Source of the DNA: Lentisphaeria bacterium | GTDB lineage: Bacteria > Verrucomicrobiota > Lentisphaeria > JABSQK01 > JAWLHB01 | Reading direction: 5' to 3' | Assembly (NCBI GenBank): GCA_041690595.1 | Contig: JAWLHB010000013.1 | Location: 1-64,000, forward strand | Length of the DNA stretch: 64,000 bases | Shown: in pieces, positions 1 to 11,591 of the stretch | Position numbering within the stretch: position 1 is the first letter of the stretch | How the letters are laid out: each line of letters begins with the position of its first letter | Notes under the pieces: model-generated | Database searches by the model: none | What the model was told of the DNA's origin: nothing | Seen by the model: the letters and a program-made list of their open reading frames with translations, nothing else | Translations under genes and position numbers: made by a program

Positions 1-112
1 GGACGCAGTGGACGCAGTGGACGCAGTGGACGCAGTGGACGCAGTGGACGCAGTAGACGCAGTAGACGCAGTGGACGCAGTGGACGCAGTGGACGCAGTG
101 GACGCAGTGGAC
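1..112. repeat. Tandem repeat of 9-bp unit GGACGCAGT (12 full units plus GGAC; two AGACGCAGT variants), truncated by window start
   Basis: Read directly: units start at 1,10,19,...,100, with variants at 55 and 64. Confidence 0.97.
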
Positions 113-277
113 TTATGAAGAAGAGTGTCCGGGCTACGGCCGGGTGGGGGCTGCCACAGTGGAGCTGCGCCGCTCGGAGAGCGGCTCCGGTTGGGGGCAA
201 GGCCGGCCGTTGGTGAGCGGCGCCGCGAAGGGGGAGTCACTCAGGCGAGTGGCGTGCCCAGGATGGGGGGATGCGGG

Positions 278-820
278 TCATGGTGCGGTCAGGAAACGGC
301 CGAGGATGATCTCGTCGACGCCAACGATGAAGTGGTCGCGGCGATAGCCCTCGGGGATGAAGCCGTGCTTCAGGTAGAACTTGATCGCCTTGGTGTTGTG
401 GGCAGAAACGCAGGTGTCGATTTTGCGCTGGTGGTGGTCGCGCCAGAATTCCTCCGCCTTTGCCATCAGCAGCGACCCGACGCCGCGCGTGTGGGAATCG
501 GGATCGACGCCGATGTAATCGAAGACGCCGAGTCCGTTCCGTCCCGCGGTGACCTTGACGACGCCGACGACCTTCCCTTGTTGCTCGGCGACGAAGATGC
601 GGGAGCTCATGAAGGGGTCTTCCACCCGGGCAGTGGCGATAAGTATGTCTGGATGGAAATGGGGGCTGTCCTCGGGGAATTTATCGCCCAGGAAGCCGCG
701 GAAGGCTGCATTCAGAATTGCCGAGGCGCGCGGCGCATCTCCGGCGTCCATCGGGCGGACTGTGAGGTCGGATCCAGATCCGGCAGGCCGCGAATCGGAG
801 TCTTCATTGTGACTGTCCAT
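278..820 (-). CDS. GNAT family N-acetyltransferase
   Basis: YIGVDPDSHTRGVGSLL acetyl-CoA motif A and NTKAIKFYLKHGF motif B; start (ATG 820) uncertain. Confidence 0.85.
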   Translation of the reverse strand: MDSHNEDSDSRPAGSGSDLTVRPMDAGDAPRASAILNAAFRGFLGDKFPEDSPHFHPDILIATARVEDPFMSSRIFVAEQQGKVVGVVKVTAGRNGLGVFDYIGVDPDSHTRGVGSLLMAKAEEFWRDHHQRKIDTCVSAHNTKAIKFYLKHGFIPEGYRRDHFIVGVDEIILGRFLTAP

Positions 821-983
821 GCTTACAACCAGTTCCCGTGTTTTGGATTCTGCGAGGGATCTGCTTCCTCCATGGAGATACAGCCATGCAGGAGACGTGT
901 CAAGCGACGAGGGCAAGAAAGCGGCTTGTCAGGCGCGGGAGAGTGTGTATCTTTTCTACTCATAGGAAAGGGGAAGATCGAGC

Positions 984-1832
984 ATGGTGAAGTCGAGCGA
1001 TGTCGTGGTGCGCCGGATGCAACCGGTGGATTTTGCAGCGGGTGTGCGCTTGTGCCGGATTGCGGGCTGGAATCAGCAGGAGGCGGACTGGCAGCTTTTT
1101 CACGGCTGCAATCCGACGGGTTGCTTTGTAGCCGAGCATGAGGGGGAGGTTATCGGAACTGCTACCAGCATCAACTACGCGAACCGTTCAAGTTGGGTGG
1201 GCATGGTGCTGGTGGATCCGTCGATGCGGCGGCGCGGTGTAGGCACCTTGCTGCTGACCACGGCTTTTGAGGGGTTGGCCGACTGTGCCTGTATCAAGCT
1301 GGATGCCACCCCGGCGGGCAAGGCGCTCTACGACACCCTCGGCTTCGTTGATGAGTACAGACTCGCTCGCATGATATGCCCGACGATTGGGAACATGGAA
1401 GCACCGGGGCGTAGGGTGCGACCGATGCGTGAAACGGATCTGGCGGCGGTGATCGCGCTGGATTCCGCCGCGTTTGGCGTCGCGCGGCCAGCGGTCATTC
1501 GTGGCCTGTTCACGATGGCGCCGGAGTATGCCTGGGTGACGGAGGATCTGAGCGGCTTCTGCTGCGGCCGTCATGGCGAACGCTTCGAGCACCTGGGGCC
1601 GATTCAAGCTGCCAATCGTGCGGACGCACAGTCCTTGGCAGCCGCCGTGCTGGGTCAGCTGCGCGGCAAGTCGGTCGTAACCGATATACGGCTGCACGAT
1701 GCGGCGTGGCGCGACTGGCTGGAGGCGCAGGGCTTTCAGGAAGAGCGGGCCTTCATCCGCATGGTCAAAGGTCGAAACCTTGCCGGCGTCGAGGCGTCGC
1801 ATTACAGCATCAGCGGCCCGGAATTGGGTTGA
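984..1832 (+). CDS. GNAT family N-acetyltransferase (tandem GNAT fold)
   Basis: MVLVDPSMRRRGVGTLL and LDATPAGKALYDTLGF motifs; second degenerate GNAT-like half. Confidence 0.88.
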   Translation: MVKSSDVVVRRMQPVDFAAGVRLCRIAGWNQQEADWQLFHGCNPTGCFVAEHEGEVIGTATSINYANRSSWVGMVLVDPSMRRRGVGTLLLTTAFEGLADCACIKLDATPAGKALYDTLGFVDEYRLARMICPTIGNMEAPGRRVRPMRETDLAAVIALDSAAFGVARPAVIRGLFTMAPEYAWVTEDLSGFCCGRHGERFEHLGPIQAANRADAQSLAAAVLGQLRGKSVVTDIRLHDAAWRDWLEAQGFQEERAFIRMVKGRNLAGVEASHYSISGPELG

Positions 1833-1846
1833 TGGAAAGGATAACG

Positions 1847-2833
1847 ATGAGCAAAAAGATAGCGATTATCGGTGCGGGATTCATGGGCGAAACGCATGCC
1901 AAGGCGTACGAAAAGGGGCTGCCGGCGCAGGTGAAGTATGTGCTTGCGACGCGGCAGGCGCGGGCTGAGGCACTGGCCACCCAGCTGCGGGGCGAGGTCA
2001 TCGCCACCACCGACTATGAGCAGATACTGGACGATCCGGAGGTCGACGCGATCGACATCTGCACGCCGACGGACACGCATCGCGAGCTGGTGATGCGCGC
2101 TGCCGCGGCAGGGAAGCACGTTCTCTGCGAGAAGCCGATTGCGCTGACGATTGCCGATGCGGACGCGATGCGTGATGCCTGTCGGAAACATGGCGTCATC
2201 TTCATGGTTGCGCACGTGCTGCGCTTCTGGCCGGAGTACGTGGAAGGGGCCCGGCTGACGGCGGAGGGGGCAATCGGTACGCTGCAGCGCATTGCGTGCT
2301 GGCGCTTTTCGCAAGGGCCAAAGTGGACGTCGGGCGAGAACTGGTTCATGGATTTCTCCCGTAGCGGGGGCGCGATAATCGACCTTGCCATCCATGATTT
2401 CGATACGATCAACTGGCTGGCCGGGATGCCTCGCAAGGTTGCCGCCATGGGGGATGTGCGTCACTTTTCGGCGATCTATGAGCTGGAATCAGGCTGTATC
2501 GCGCAGGTTGAGGCGAGCAATCGGATGCCGGCGGGACTGCCCTTCCGCATGGGGTATCGTCTGGTGGGGGATGGGGGCATGATCGAGTTTGACGGCAGCG
2601 GCGGCAGCCTGCTGGTCGTGCGCGACGGGAAGGCGGAAAAGCTGGCTGTGGAAGGCAGTCGCAGCTTTGCCCAGAACGTGGCGGGGGCGGAATTGGACGG
2701 CTACTTCTACCAGTTGCAGTACTTCGTGGAGTGCCTGGAAAAGGGTGTGCAGCCTGAGCGTGGTACGCCGGAAGAGGGTACTCAGGCTCTCATGATCGCC
2801 TTGCAGACGCGCGATGCCCTGACAGACGGTTAG
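1847..2833 (+). CDS. Gfo/Idh/MocA family oxidoreductase
   Basis: IAIIGAGFMG Rossmann motif, HVLCEKP, GGAIIDLAIHDFD; AAGGA RBS upstream. Confidence 0.92.
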   Translation: MSKKIAIIGAGFMGETHAKAYEKGLPAQVKYVLATRQARAEALATQLRGEVIATTDYEQILDDPEVDAIDICTPTDTHRELVMRAAAAGKHVLCEKPIALTIADADAMRDACRKHGVIFMVAHVLRFWPEYVEGARLTAEGAIGTLQRIACWRFSQGPKWTSGENWFMDFSRSGGAIIDLAIHDFDTINWLAGMPRKVAAMGDVRHFSAIYELESGCIAQVEASNRMPAGLPFRMGYRLVGDGGMIEFDGSGGSLLVVRDGKAEKLAVEGSRSFAQNVAGAELDGYFYQLQYFVECLEKGVQPERGTPEEGTQALMIALQTRDALTDG

Positions 2834-3040
2834 ACCGGCTGGAACTGAGGCCGTTGTTTTTCCATATCTGGATCTGCCATCGAGAGGTGGTATCCCAGGC
2901 TGGGCACCTGCCCGCGGAATCACTTTTTCGGGTAATTTCGGCGGAGTGATTGGATGTTGGTCAAAAGAAAGTCATATTCCTATACTCACAATTGATCCAA
3001 TATTTTACTCTTTCCATCTTCCCACGCGCGGTGATACCCC

Positions 3041-3823
3041 ATGAGACCTCTCACACTTACCCAAAAACTGACCTCAGAGCAACTGGAGCAGTACGAGAAC
3101 GACGGTTACCTGATCATTCGGAAATTGCTGAATAAGGATGAGCTTACCAAGATCCAGGCGATCCGCCAGCGGGTGGAAGCCGAGGCACATGAGCATGGCA
3201 GCACCTATCAGCATGGGGCCGCGCTTTACGATCTGGAGCCGGTGAGCAGCGATCCGACCGGCAAGAAGATGGCGTTGCGCAAGATCCAGGAAGTCTACCA
3301 TGTGGAGCCTGACTTCAAAGCCGTGGCAGCGAGTGACAAGATCCTCGACATCGTGGCAGAGCTGATCGGACCGGACATCTATTACCACTCGAGCAAGCTG
3401 ATGTTCAAACCTGCGCATGGCGGACGGCGGAAGCCGTGGCACCAGGATTTTGCGTACTGGCAGGAGATGAACACGCGTCAGGTCACGGTGTGGAGCGCCA
3501 TCGACGGGGCAACGCGTGAGAATGGCTGCATCCAGGTCATACCGGGATCGCACAAGCAGGGGCTAATTCCCCACCACCACCTTGAAGACTACATGGTGGA
3601 CGAATCGGATATCGATTCCACTCAGGTTGTCTACGCGGAGATGGAACCGGGCGATGTTCTTTTTTTCAACGTGCTGACGCTGCACGCCTCGGCGCCGAAC
3701 AACTCGGACAAGCCTCGGCTGTCGACGATTATCGACTTTGACAGCCAGCCGAAGCCGCGCCGCTCTCGGTTGGGCAGCGACATCCCGTTGCGGGGTCGCG
3801 CGAAAGGCGTTGCAAAAGCTTGA
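3041..3823 (+). CDS. Phytanoyl-CoA dioxygenase (PhyH) family Fe(II)/2OG dioxygenase
   Basis: PWHQD, ENGCIQVIPGSH, LHASAPN..R motifs. Confidence 0.9.
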   Translation: MRPLTLTQKLTSEQLEQYENDGYLIIRKLLNKDELTKIQAIRQRVEAEAHEHGSTYQHGAALYDLEPVSSDPTGKKMALRKIQEVYHVEPDFKAVAASDKILDIVAELIGPDIYYHSSKLMFKPAHGGRRKPWHQDFAYWQEMNTRQVTVWSAIDGATRENGCIQVIPGSHKQGLIPHHHLEDYMVDESDIDSTQVVYAEMEPGDVLFFNVLTLHASAPNNSDKPRLSTIIDFDSQPKPRRSRLGSDIPLRGRAKGVAKA

Positions 3824-3838
3824 GCCAAGTAGTATAAT
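3810..3838 (+). promoter_or_regulatory. Putative sigma70 promoter TTGCAA-N17-TATAAT
   Basis: -35 at 3810-3815 and -10 at 3833-3838, upstream of the pilin-like gene. Confidence 0.55.
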
Positions 3839-3879
3839 CTGCGAAAAGACGCCATCCGTGCAACGCATGGCGGCTGACG

Positions 3880-4788
3880 ATGCGGTTACCTATCCCCGAA
3901 GTCTGGAGGCTTCTCATGGATGCTGGTGGAAGCGGCAGTCCTTCGTGCGTACGGCGCTTTACGATTGTGGAGATGATCGTGGTCACCGCGGTGATCATGG
4001 TGCTGATGTCGATGCTGGTGGCAGCGGTCTCGAAGACTCGCGAGAAGGCAAAGATGGGACGCTGGGAAGGCTACATGCGCAATGAGCGCGTGTCGGAGCA
4101 GCAGATCCTGCAGTTGATGTTCATGGAAGGCAACGGCACCCTGACGGAGAACCTGGCGCAGGGTATCGACGTGGAAGGCTACGAGCGGAACAAGTATGAC
4201 GGCTATCTGGGCGGTACAACGACCTGGGACAAGGGACGGTGGTTTCGCAAGAAGGGAATCCGGATGATGAACGGCATGGATTCCCTCGAAGTGGCGTACC
4301 AGAATATTGTCGATAAAGACAGTGGCGAGTTCACCATCATCCTGTGGGTCTATCCGCGCGTTATGCAGAGTCAGGGCCTCGTCAACACCCAGCGTGAATC
4401 CTCGCCCGGCGTGTGGGAAGATGGTGATTATCCGAACTTGCTGCTGAATGCCACCAACACCCTCGGTATCGCCCAGGATGAAGTGTCGATCTTTGCCGCC
4501 GCAAGTGAACTGACGCTGCCAACGGAGAAGTGGTCGATGGTGGCGCTGGTGCAACGCGTCGACGAAGGCGTCTATCTTTACCGGTTCGGCGAAGGCGGCG
4601 AGAAGGGGAAGGAGCTGATCAGCGCCATGCCATTCGGAAATCCGGCCGACGGGAGAGGGCGGACCTTCTTCGGCAATTCCGACGGTCTGTCCGGTGCTTT
4701 CGACGGCGTCATCGATGAGTTGGTCATCTACCGGCGAGCGCTCAACGACACGGCGCTTGAAGGGCATTTCAAGATGGGACAGCCCTGA
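3880..4788 (+). CDS. Prepilin-type N-terminal cleavage protein with C-terminal LamG/concanavalin-like domain
   Basis: RRFTIVEMIVVTAVIMVLMSML type IV pilin-like N-terminus; FTIILWV...FDGVIDELVIYRRAL LamG-like C-terminus; start 3880 or 3917. Confidence 0.8.
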   Translation: MRLPIPEVWRLLMDAGGSGSPSCVRRFTIVEMIVVTAVIMVLMSMLVAAVSKTREKAKMGRWEGYMRNERVSEQQILQLMFMEGNGTLTENLAQGIDVEGYERNKYDGYLGGTTTWDKGRWFRKKGIRMMNGMDSLEVAYQNIVDKDSGEFTIILWVYPRVMQSQGLVNTQRESSPGVWEDGDYPNLLLNATNTLGIAQDEVSIFAAASELTLPTEKWSMVALVQRVDEGVYLYRFGEGGEKGKELISAMPFGNPADGRGRTFFGNSDGLSGAFDGVIDELVIYRRALNDTALEGHFKMGQP

Positions 4789-4956
4789 GGCGTCTTGACA
4801 ATGCGGCCGTACTGGTCATGGTTACCTGATGCTCATGCAAAAAGGAGTCACCACGTCCGAGTGGAGAGCGGCACCCCGTGTCGTCTTCATCCTGATCGCT
4901 GATCAGGACCTCTGGGCCATGGATTGCGCGGGCAAAATCCACCAACCGATCTCTCC

Positions 4957-5625
4957 ATGAAGCGCATCTGGATCACGATATTTCTCATGCTGACGGTCTT
5001 CTCGCTTTGTTTCGGCTTGGCGGATCATGCCGGGTGGACGGATCCAGCCTTTGTCCAGAGGCAACTGGCTGCCCTGCACGCATCACCGCTGGGGATGTGG
5101 CTGGCGATCGGGAGCATCCTGGTGTTGCTGGGCGGCGATATCATCCTGCCGACGCCCTCGTCGATCGTGATGATCGCGTCGGGAAAGCTGCTTGGGCCGT
5201 GGCTGGGTGGAACGGTTTCCTTTGCGGGCGCGATGGCGAGCGCGCTGATCGGTTATGGGCTCTGCCGCTGGGGTGGCGAGCGAGTCTTTCAGCGATTGGT
5301 GGGCGAGCAGGACATCAGCCGCTTGCGACGCTGGTTCGAGCGATACGGCATCTACGCGATCATCCTCAGCCGCCCAGTGCCGATGCTGACTGAGATACTC
5401 TCCTGCCTGGCGGGATTGAGCGCCTTTCGCCTGCGTCCGTACCTGGGGGCGGTAGTTCTCGGCACTCTGCCCATCTGCTTTGTCTACAGTGTTGCGGGAA
5501 CGCGAAGCGAGATCACCGATCCATGGCCGGCAATCTGGCTGGCGCTGGCGCTTCCGGCCGCCGGCTGGCTTCTCGTTCGGATTTTCACCCCTCATCCCCA
5601 AACGGAGGAACCACCTCATGGCTGA
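4957..5625 (+). CDS. VTT/DedA (TVP38/TMEM64) family membrane protein
   Basis: Hydrophobic helices, DIILPTPSS, FERYG..AIILSRPVPMLTE. Confidence 0.85.
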   Translation: MKRIWITIFLMLTVFSLCFGLADHAGWTDPAFVQRQLAALHASPLGMWLAIGSILVLLGGDIILPTPSSIVMIASGKLLGPWLGGTVSFAGAMASALIGYGLCRWGGERVFQRLVGEQDISRLRRWFERYGIYAIILSRPVPMLTEILSCLAGLSAFRLRPYLGAVVLGTLPICFVYSVAGTRSEITDPWPAIWLALALPAAGWLLVRIFTPHPQTEEPPHG

Positions 5626-6616
5626 TCCTGCGCGCATCATGGAGATGGCCAGCGCCTTCTACCAGTCCCAGGTGCTCTTCTCTGCCAGTGATCTCGGCAT
5701 CTTCGGCGCGCTTGCCGACCTACCCGATTCTACAGCCGAGGAGCTTGCGGAGCATCTCGGCTGCGATCCTCGGGGTACTCGCCTCCTGCTGGATGGCTGC
5801 TGCGCCGTCGGTCTGCTGTGCAAGCATGGCGACACCTATGCGAACAGCGCCGAAGCTGCCGCCTTTCTGGTGCCGGGCATGCCGGGCGATCTGAGCCGTG
5901 CCATCCGCTATAACCGTGACGTCTATGCGGCATGGGGGAAATTGCCGCGGATGGTGCGCGACGGCAAGCCGGTCGAGGCGCCAACACTGCACCTGGGGGA
6001 CGATGCCGAGCGAACCCGCACCTTTGTCCTTTCGATGCATGGGCGGGCGCTGGGAATCGGCCGCATGGTCGTGCCCCATCTGGAACTGACCGGCTGCCGG
6101 CGGCTGCTCGACGTCGGCGGTGGTCCGGGAACCTATTCGGCGCTGATCGCACAGGCGCACCCGCGGATATCCTGTACGGTGATCGACCTGCCGGCGGTGA
6201 CCGCGGTGGCGGACGAGTTGCTGGCGCAGCAACAGGTAAGCGAGCAAGTCAAGACGCTGGCCGGCGACTATCATGAGGTGGCGTTTCCGGCGGAACAGGA
6301 TGCCGTGCTCTTCTTCGGCATGCTGCACCAGGAAGAGCCGGAGGGGATCCTCGCCCTGCTGCGGAAGGCACATGCCGCACTCAAGCCCGGCGGAATCGTT
6401 TATATTCTGGACATGATGACGGATGCCAGCCACACCAGCCCGCCCTTTTCCGCACTCTTTGCGCTCAACATGGCGCTGACCACCCACCATGGCTGGGTGT
6501 TCAGCGATCATGAGCTGCACGCCTGGCTGATCGAGGCCGGTTTTCAGGATTTCAGCGTGGCCCCGTTGCCGCCACCCATGCCTCACTGGCTGGCCAGCGC
6601 CCGCAGACAAGCCTAA
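5618..6616 (+). CDS. SAM-dependent O-methyltransferase with N-terminal dimerisation domain
   Basis: LLDVGGGPG motif I, IDLP, AGDY; overlaps upstream gene. Confidence 0.9.
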   Translation: MADPARIMEMASAFYQSQVLFSASDLGIFGALADLPDSTAEELAEHLGCDPRGTRLLLDGCCAVGLLCKHGDTYANSAEAAAFLVPGMPGDLSRAIRYNRDVYAAWGKLPRMVRDGKPVEAPTLHLGDDAERTRTFVLSMHGRALGIGRMVVPHLELTGCRRLLDVGGGPGTYSALIAQAHPRISCTVIDLPAVTAVADELLAQQQVSEQVKTLAGDYHEVAFPAEQDAVLFFGMLHQEEPEGILALLRKAHAALKPGGIVYILDMMTDASHTSPPFSALFALNMALTTHHGWVFSDHELHAWLIEAGFQDFSVAPLPPPMPHWLASARRQA

Positions 6617-6637
6617 CCAGAACATTCAGGATCTTCC

Positions 6638-8056
6638 ATGCCCAGCCGACCCAACATTCTCGTTATCCTCTGCGACCAGCTGCGTCGAGACGCCCTTTCG
6701 GTCTATGGTGATCCCAACATTCAGACGCCGAATCTGGATCGCCTGGCTGCTCGCGGCGCCCGCTTCGACAACGGCTGTTCGACCTATCCGATCTGCGTTC
6801 CCTTCCGCTTCACCATGATGACGGGCGAGTACGCGCACACGCGAATGATTCCGGGAATCGAGTGGCGCATGTCACCACGCGAGCGCACGCTGGCGGATGT
6901 CTTCAATGAGGCGGACTACGAGACGCTGTACGTGGGCAAGTGGCATCTCTACGGCGGCTATCTGCACATGCCGGGCTACGGTGCGCGGCATGAAGGCGTC
7001 AAGCCGGTGCCCCGGGAGTATCAGGGGCGCTGGCAGCACTGGCGGGGATTCGAACTGCGCAATTCGCCTTTTGACACGTATTACTTTGCCGATGACGACC
7101 CGACACCGCGCAAGATCGATGGCTATCAGACGGATGGGCTTTGCGATCTGGCCCTCGACTTCCTACGCGAAGAGTGGGACCGCTCGAAGCCTTTCTGCGG
7201 GGTGATCTCGGTAGAACCGCCCCACCCTCCCTACGAAGCGCCAGCCGAGCTGACGGCCAAATGGCTCGCTCGCGACATCGAGCTGCCGGCGAACTTCCTG
7301 GCGCCGCACGAGAATCCCTTTGCGGAAGCCATGGTCGAGTACGTCGTGACCGAAGGACATCGGGAGGTGCTGATGCGGCAGCGGAAAACCTACTACGCGA
7401 TGATCGAGAATCTGGACCAGAACGTGGGCCGCGTCATGGCCTTTCTGGAGGCGGAGCAGCTGCTGGAGGAGACGTACGTGATCTTTCTCTCCGACCACGG
7501 CGAGATGGATGGCTCGCATTGCCTGACGGGCAAGCAGTATGCGTATGAAGAGTCTGCCGGCATCCCGCTGATGATCTCTGGCCCTGGCATTGCCCCCGGC
7601 ACCGTCATCGATGTGCCGACGTGTACGGAAGATCTTTTCCCCACCCTGCTGGGCCTGGCGGGGCTGACGCACGACAAAGCACTGCCTGGGGCAGATCTGA
7701 CACCACTGGCAAAGGGCGAAGCGACAAGTCTGGGGCGCCCGGGCGTGATGCTTCAGTTTGTTTCGGAGACGCGACCGGAAATGCCCTTCCACGGGGCTGT
7801 CTACCGCACCTTTCGCTCCACGCGGTACAAGTATACGGTTGCCGGAGACCTCAAGGGAATGCACCCCTGGCAGTTCTTCGACCTGGTGGAGGATCCCGGC
7901 GAACTGCAGAACCTGCTCGAAAGCCCGGCGCATCTGGAGCAGATCGCACAGCATCACTGCTGGCTGCGCGCCCGCATGGAGGAGAGCACCGACGACGCGG
8001 CCCTGGCAGCGGCTTACGGCTGCGCGGGGCTCAACCTGGAGTGGCAACCCGGCTGA
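6638..8056 (+). CDS. Sulfatase (Cys-type, formylglycine-dependent)
   Basis: PNILVILCDQLR, CVPFR (CxPxR), GKWHL, SDHG. Confidence 0.93.
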   Translation: MPSRPNILVILCDQLRRDALSVYGDPNIQTPNLDRLAARGARFDNGCSTYPICVPFRFTMMTGEYAHTRMIPGIEWRMSPRERTLADVFNEADYETLYVGKWHLYGGYLHMPGYGARHEGVKPVPREYQGRWQHWRGFELRNSPFDTYYFADDDPTPRKIDGYQTDGLCDLALDFLREEWDRSKPFCGVISVEPPHPPYEAPAELTAKWLARDIELPANFLAPHENPFAEAMVEYVVTEGHREVLMRQRKTYYAMIENLDQNVGRVMAFLEAEQLLEETYVIFLSDHGEMDGSHCLTGKQYAYEESAGIPLMISGPGIAPGTVIDVPTCTEDLFPTLLGLAGLTHDKALPGADLTPLAKGEATSLGRPGVMLQFVSETRPEMPFHGAVYRTFRSTRYKYTVAGDLKGMHPWQFFDLVEDPGELQNLLESPAHLEQIAQHHCWLRARMEESTDDAALAAAYGCAGLNLEWQPG

Positions 8057-8065
8057 TCGGCTGAA

Positions 8066-8835
8066 TCAGTCGGTCCAGCCGCCGAAGAAGGTCATCAGCT
8101 TGGCGCGGAAGTATTCGCGGTTCATGCGCGAGATGTTCTCCTGCTTGATGACCTTCGGGCAAGCCACCTCGCATTCGCCTTCATTGCTGCAGTGCCCGAA
8201 GCCCTCGGCATCCATCTGCCGGACCATGCGCAGAACACGATTGTGCCGGTTGGGCATGCCTTGCGGCAGGACTGCCAGATGAGTCAGCTTGGCGCCGACA
8301 AAGAGGGCGGCGGAGGAGTTCTTGCAGGCCGCGACGCAGGCGCCACAGCCGATGCAGGCCGCGGCATCGAAGGCGAGGTCGGCCACTTCGCGGGCAACAG
8401 GGAGAGAGTTCGCATCGTGAGCGACACCAGTCGGCGCGGCAATGTATCCGCCCGCCTGAATGATGCGATCGAATGCCGAGCGGTCGACGATCAGATCCTT
8501 GACGACGGGGAAGGCCGCCGCACGCCATGGCTCGACGGTGATGGTCTGCCCATCCTCGAAATGGCGCATGAAGAGCTGACAGGTGGTAGTGGCGGGGAGG
8601 GGGCCGTGAGGTGTGCCATTGATATAAAGACCGCACGCGCCGCAAATGCCCTCGCGACAGTCGGAGTCGAAGGCGACGGGTTCCTTTCCTTCTTTCTCCA
8701 ATCGTTCATTGAGGATGTCTATCATCTCGAGAAAGGAGGTATCGTCGCTGATGCCATCGATCTCGTAGTTGGTAAACTGTCCCTCGCCCCGCGGGGTTTT
8801 CTGCCGCCAGATTCTGAGAGTAAACTTCATGACAC

Positions 8836-8839
<4 letters not shown>
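8066..8839 (-). CDS. sdhB: Succinate dehydrogenase/fumarate reductase iron-sulfur subunit
   Basis: [37 protein letters not shown]e-S motifs. Confidence 0.95.
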
Positions 8840-10755
<1,916 letters not shown>

Positions 10756-10758
10756 CCC

Positions 10759-11436
10759 TCAGTTGTAGAAGAGCCAGAAGTAAATGGGGAGCGCCGCGAA
10801 GCCGATCGCCAGCACGATCGCCAGCAGGTAAGAAACCGCGGTCAGGAAATGGAGGTACTTGCGGTGGCTGATGCCCAGTGTGCGCAGCGAACTCTGGAAC
10901 GCGTGAATAAGGTGCAGTCCCAGGAAGAACATCGAGACGATGTAGATGATCGCATACCACGGCTTGCTGAACCACTCGACAACCAGGCGGTAGAGGTCGC
11001 GCATCTCTATCTCCGAATTCTGCGCCTGGTAGTAAGGGCCGAACTTCATCGTGACGATATGAAATATCAGAAAGCCCAGGATAATCACGCCGCTGTAGAT
11101 CATCGTGTACGAAGAGAGGGAGCGTTTGCCCAGGCTCTTCTTGGTATCGTAGTCTTTGGGCCGCGATTCACGCTCGGTGATGCGCAGGATGACCGCATCC
11201 ACGATGTGAAAGAGAAAGAGCAGTATCAGCCCGATCTCGGCTATGATGATGAGCGGATGCTTGATCAGGAAGTGCGAATACGCATTGTACGTTTCATCCC
11301 CCAGGAACATCAGGAGATTCCCCGCCAGATGCATGACCAGAAAGCCGACCAGCAGGAGGCCGGTCAAGGCCATAGTTAGTTTCCGGCCAACTGTTGACAG
11401 CGGAAAGATGGTATAAAGGTAACCTTTCTTCTCCAT
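10759..11436 (-). CDS. sdhC: Succinate dehydrogenase cytochrome b subunit (single large anchor)
   Basis: GRKLTMALTG, HLAGNL, multiple TM helices with His ligands; directly upstream of sdhA. Confidence 0.92.
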   Translation of the reverse strand: MEKKGYLYTIFPLSTVGRKLTMALTGLLLVGFLVMHLAGNLLMFLGDETYNAYSHFLIKHPLIIIAEIGLILLFLFHIVDAVILRITERESRPKDYDTKKSLGKRSLSSYTMIYSGVIILGFLIFHIVTMKFGPYYQAQNSEIEMRDLYRLVVEWFSKPWYAIIYIVSMFFLGLHLIHAFQSSLRTLGISHRKYLHFLTAVSYLLAIVLAIGFAALPIYFWLFYN

Positions 11437-11507
11437 GGAGAACCTGACCTGCACTTAATCGGGAATAGTAAAGTGAGCTGTCGCTCAGCCTCGGCAAAAA
11501 TCAAGTC

Positions 11508-11536
11508 ACTATAATGTTTAGAGGGATTCCAGTCAA
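11508..11536 (-). promoter_or_regulatory. Putative sigma70 promoter TTGACT-N17-TATAGT for sdhCAB
   Basis: Plus-strand AGTCAA 11531-11536 and ACTATA 11508-11513, 17 bp spacer, AT-rich intergenic context. Confidence 0.6.
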
Positions 11537-11591
11537 TAGGTCGTGAAAAGAAAAGCGAGCTCTGTCACGACATGGAATCATAGCAGGCGAT

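Noticed and set aside
4800..4956. SAM or other riboswitch upstream of the methyltransferase operon
   Set aside because: Only scattered resemblance; conserved core helices could not be built by eye.
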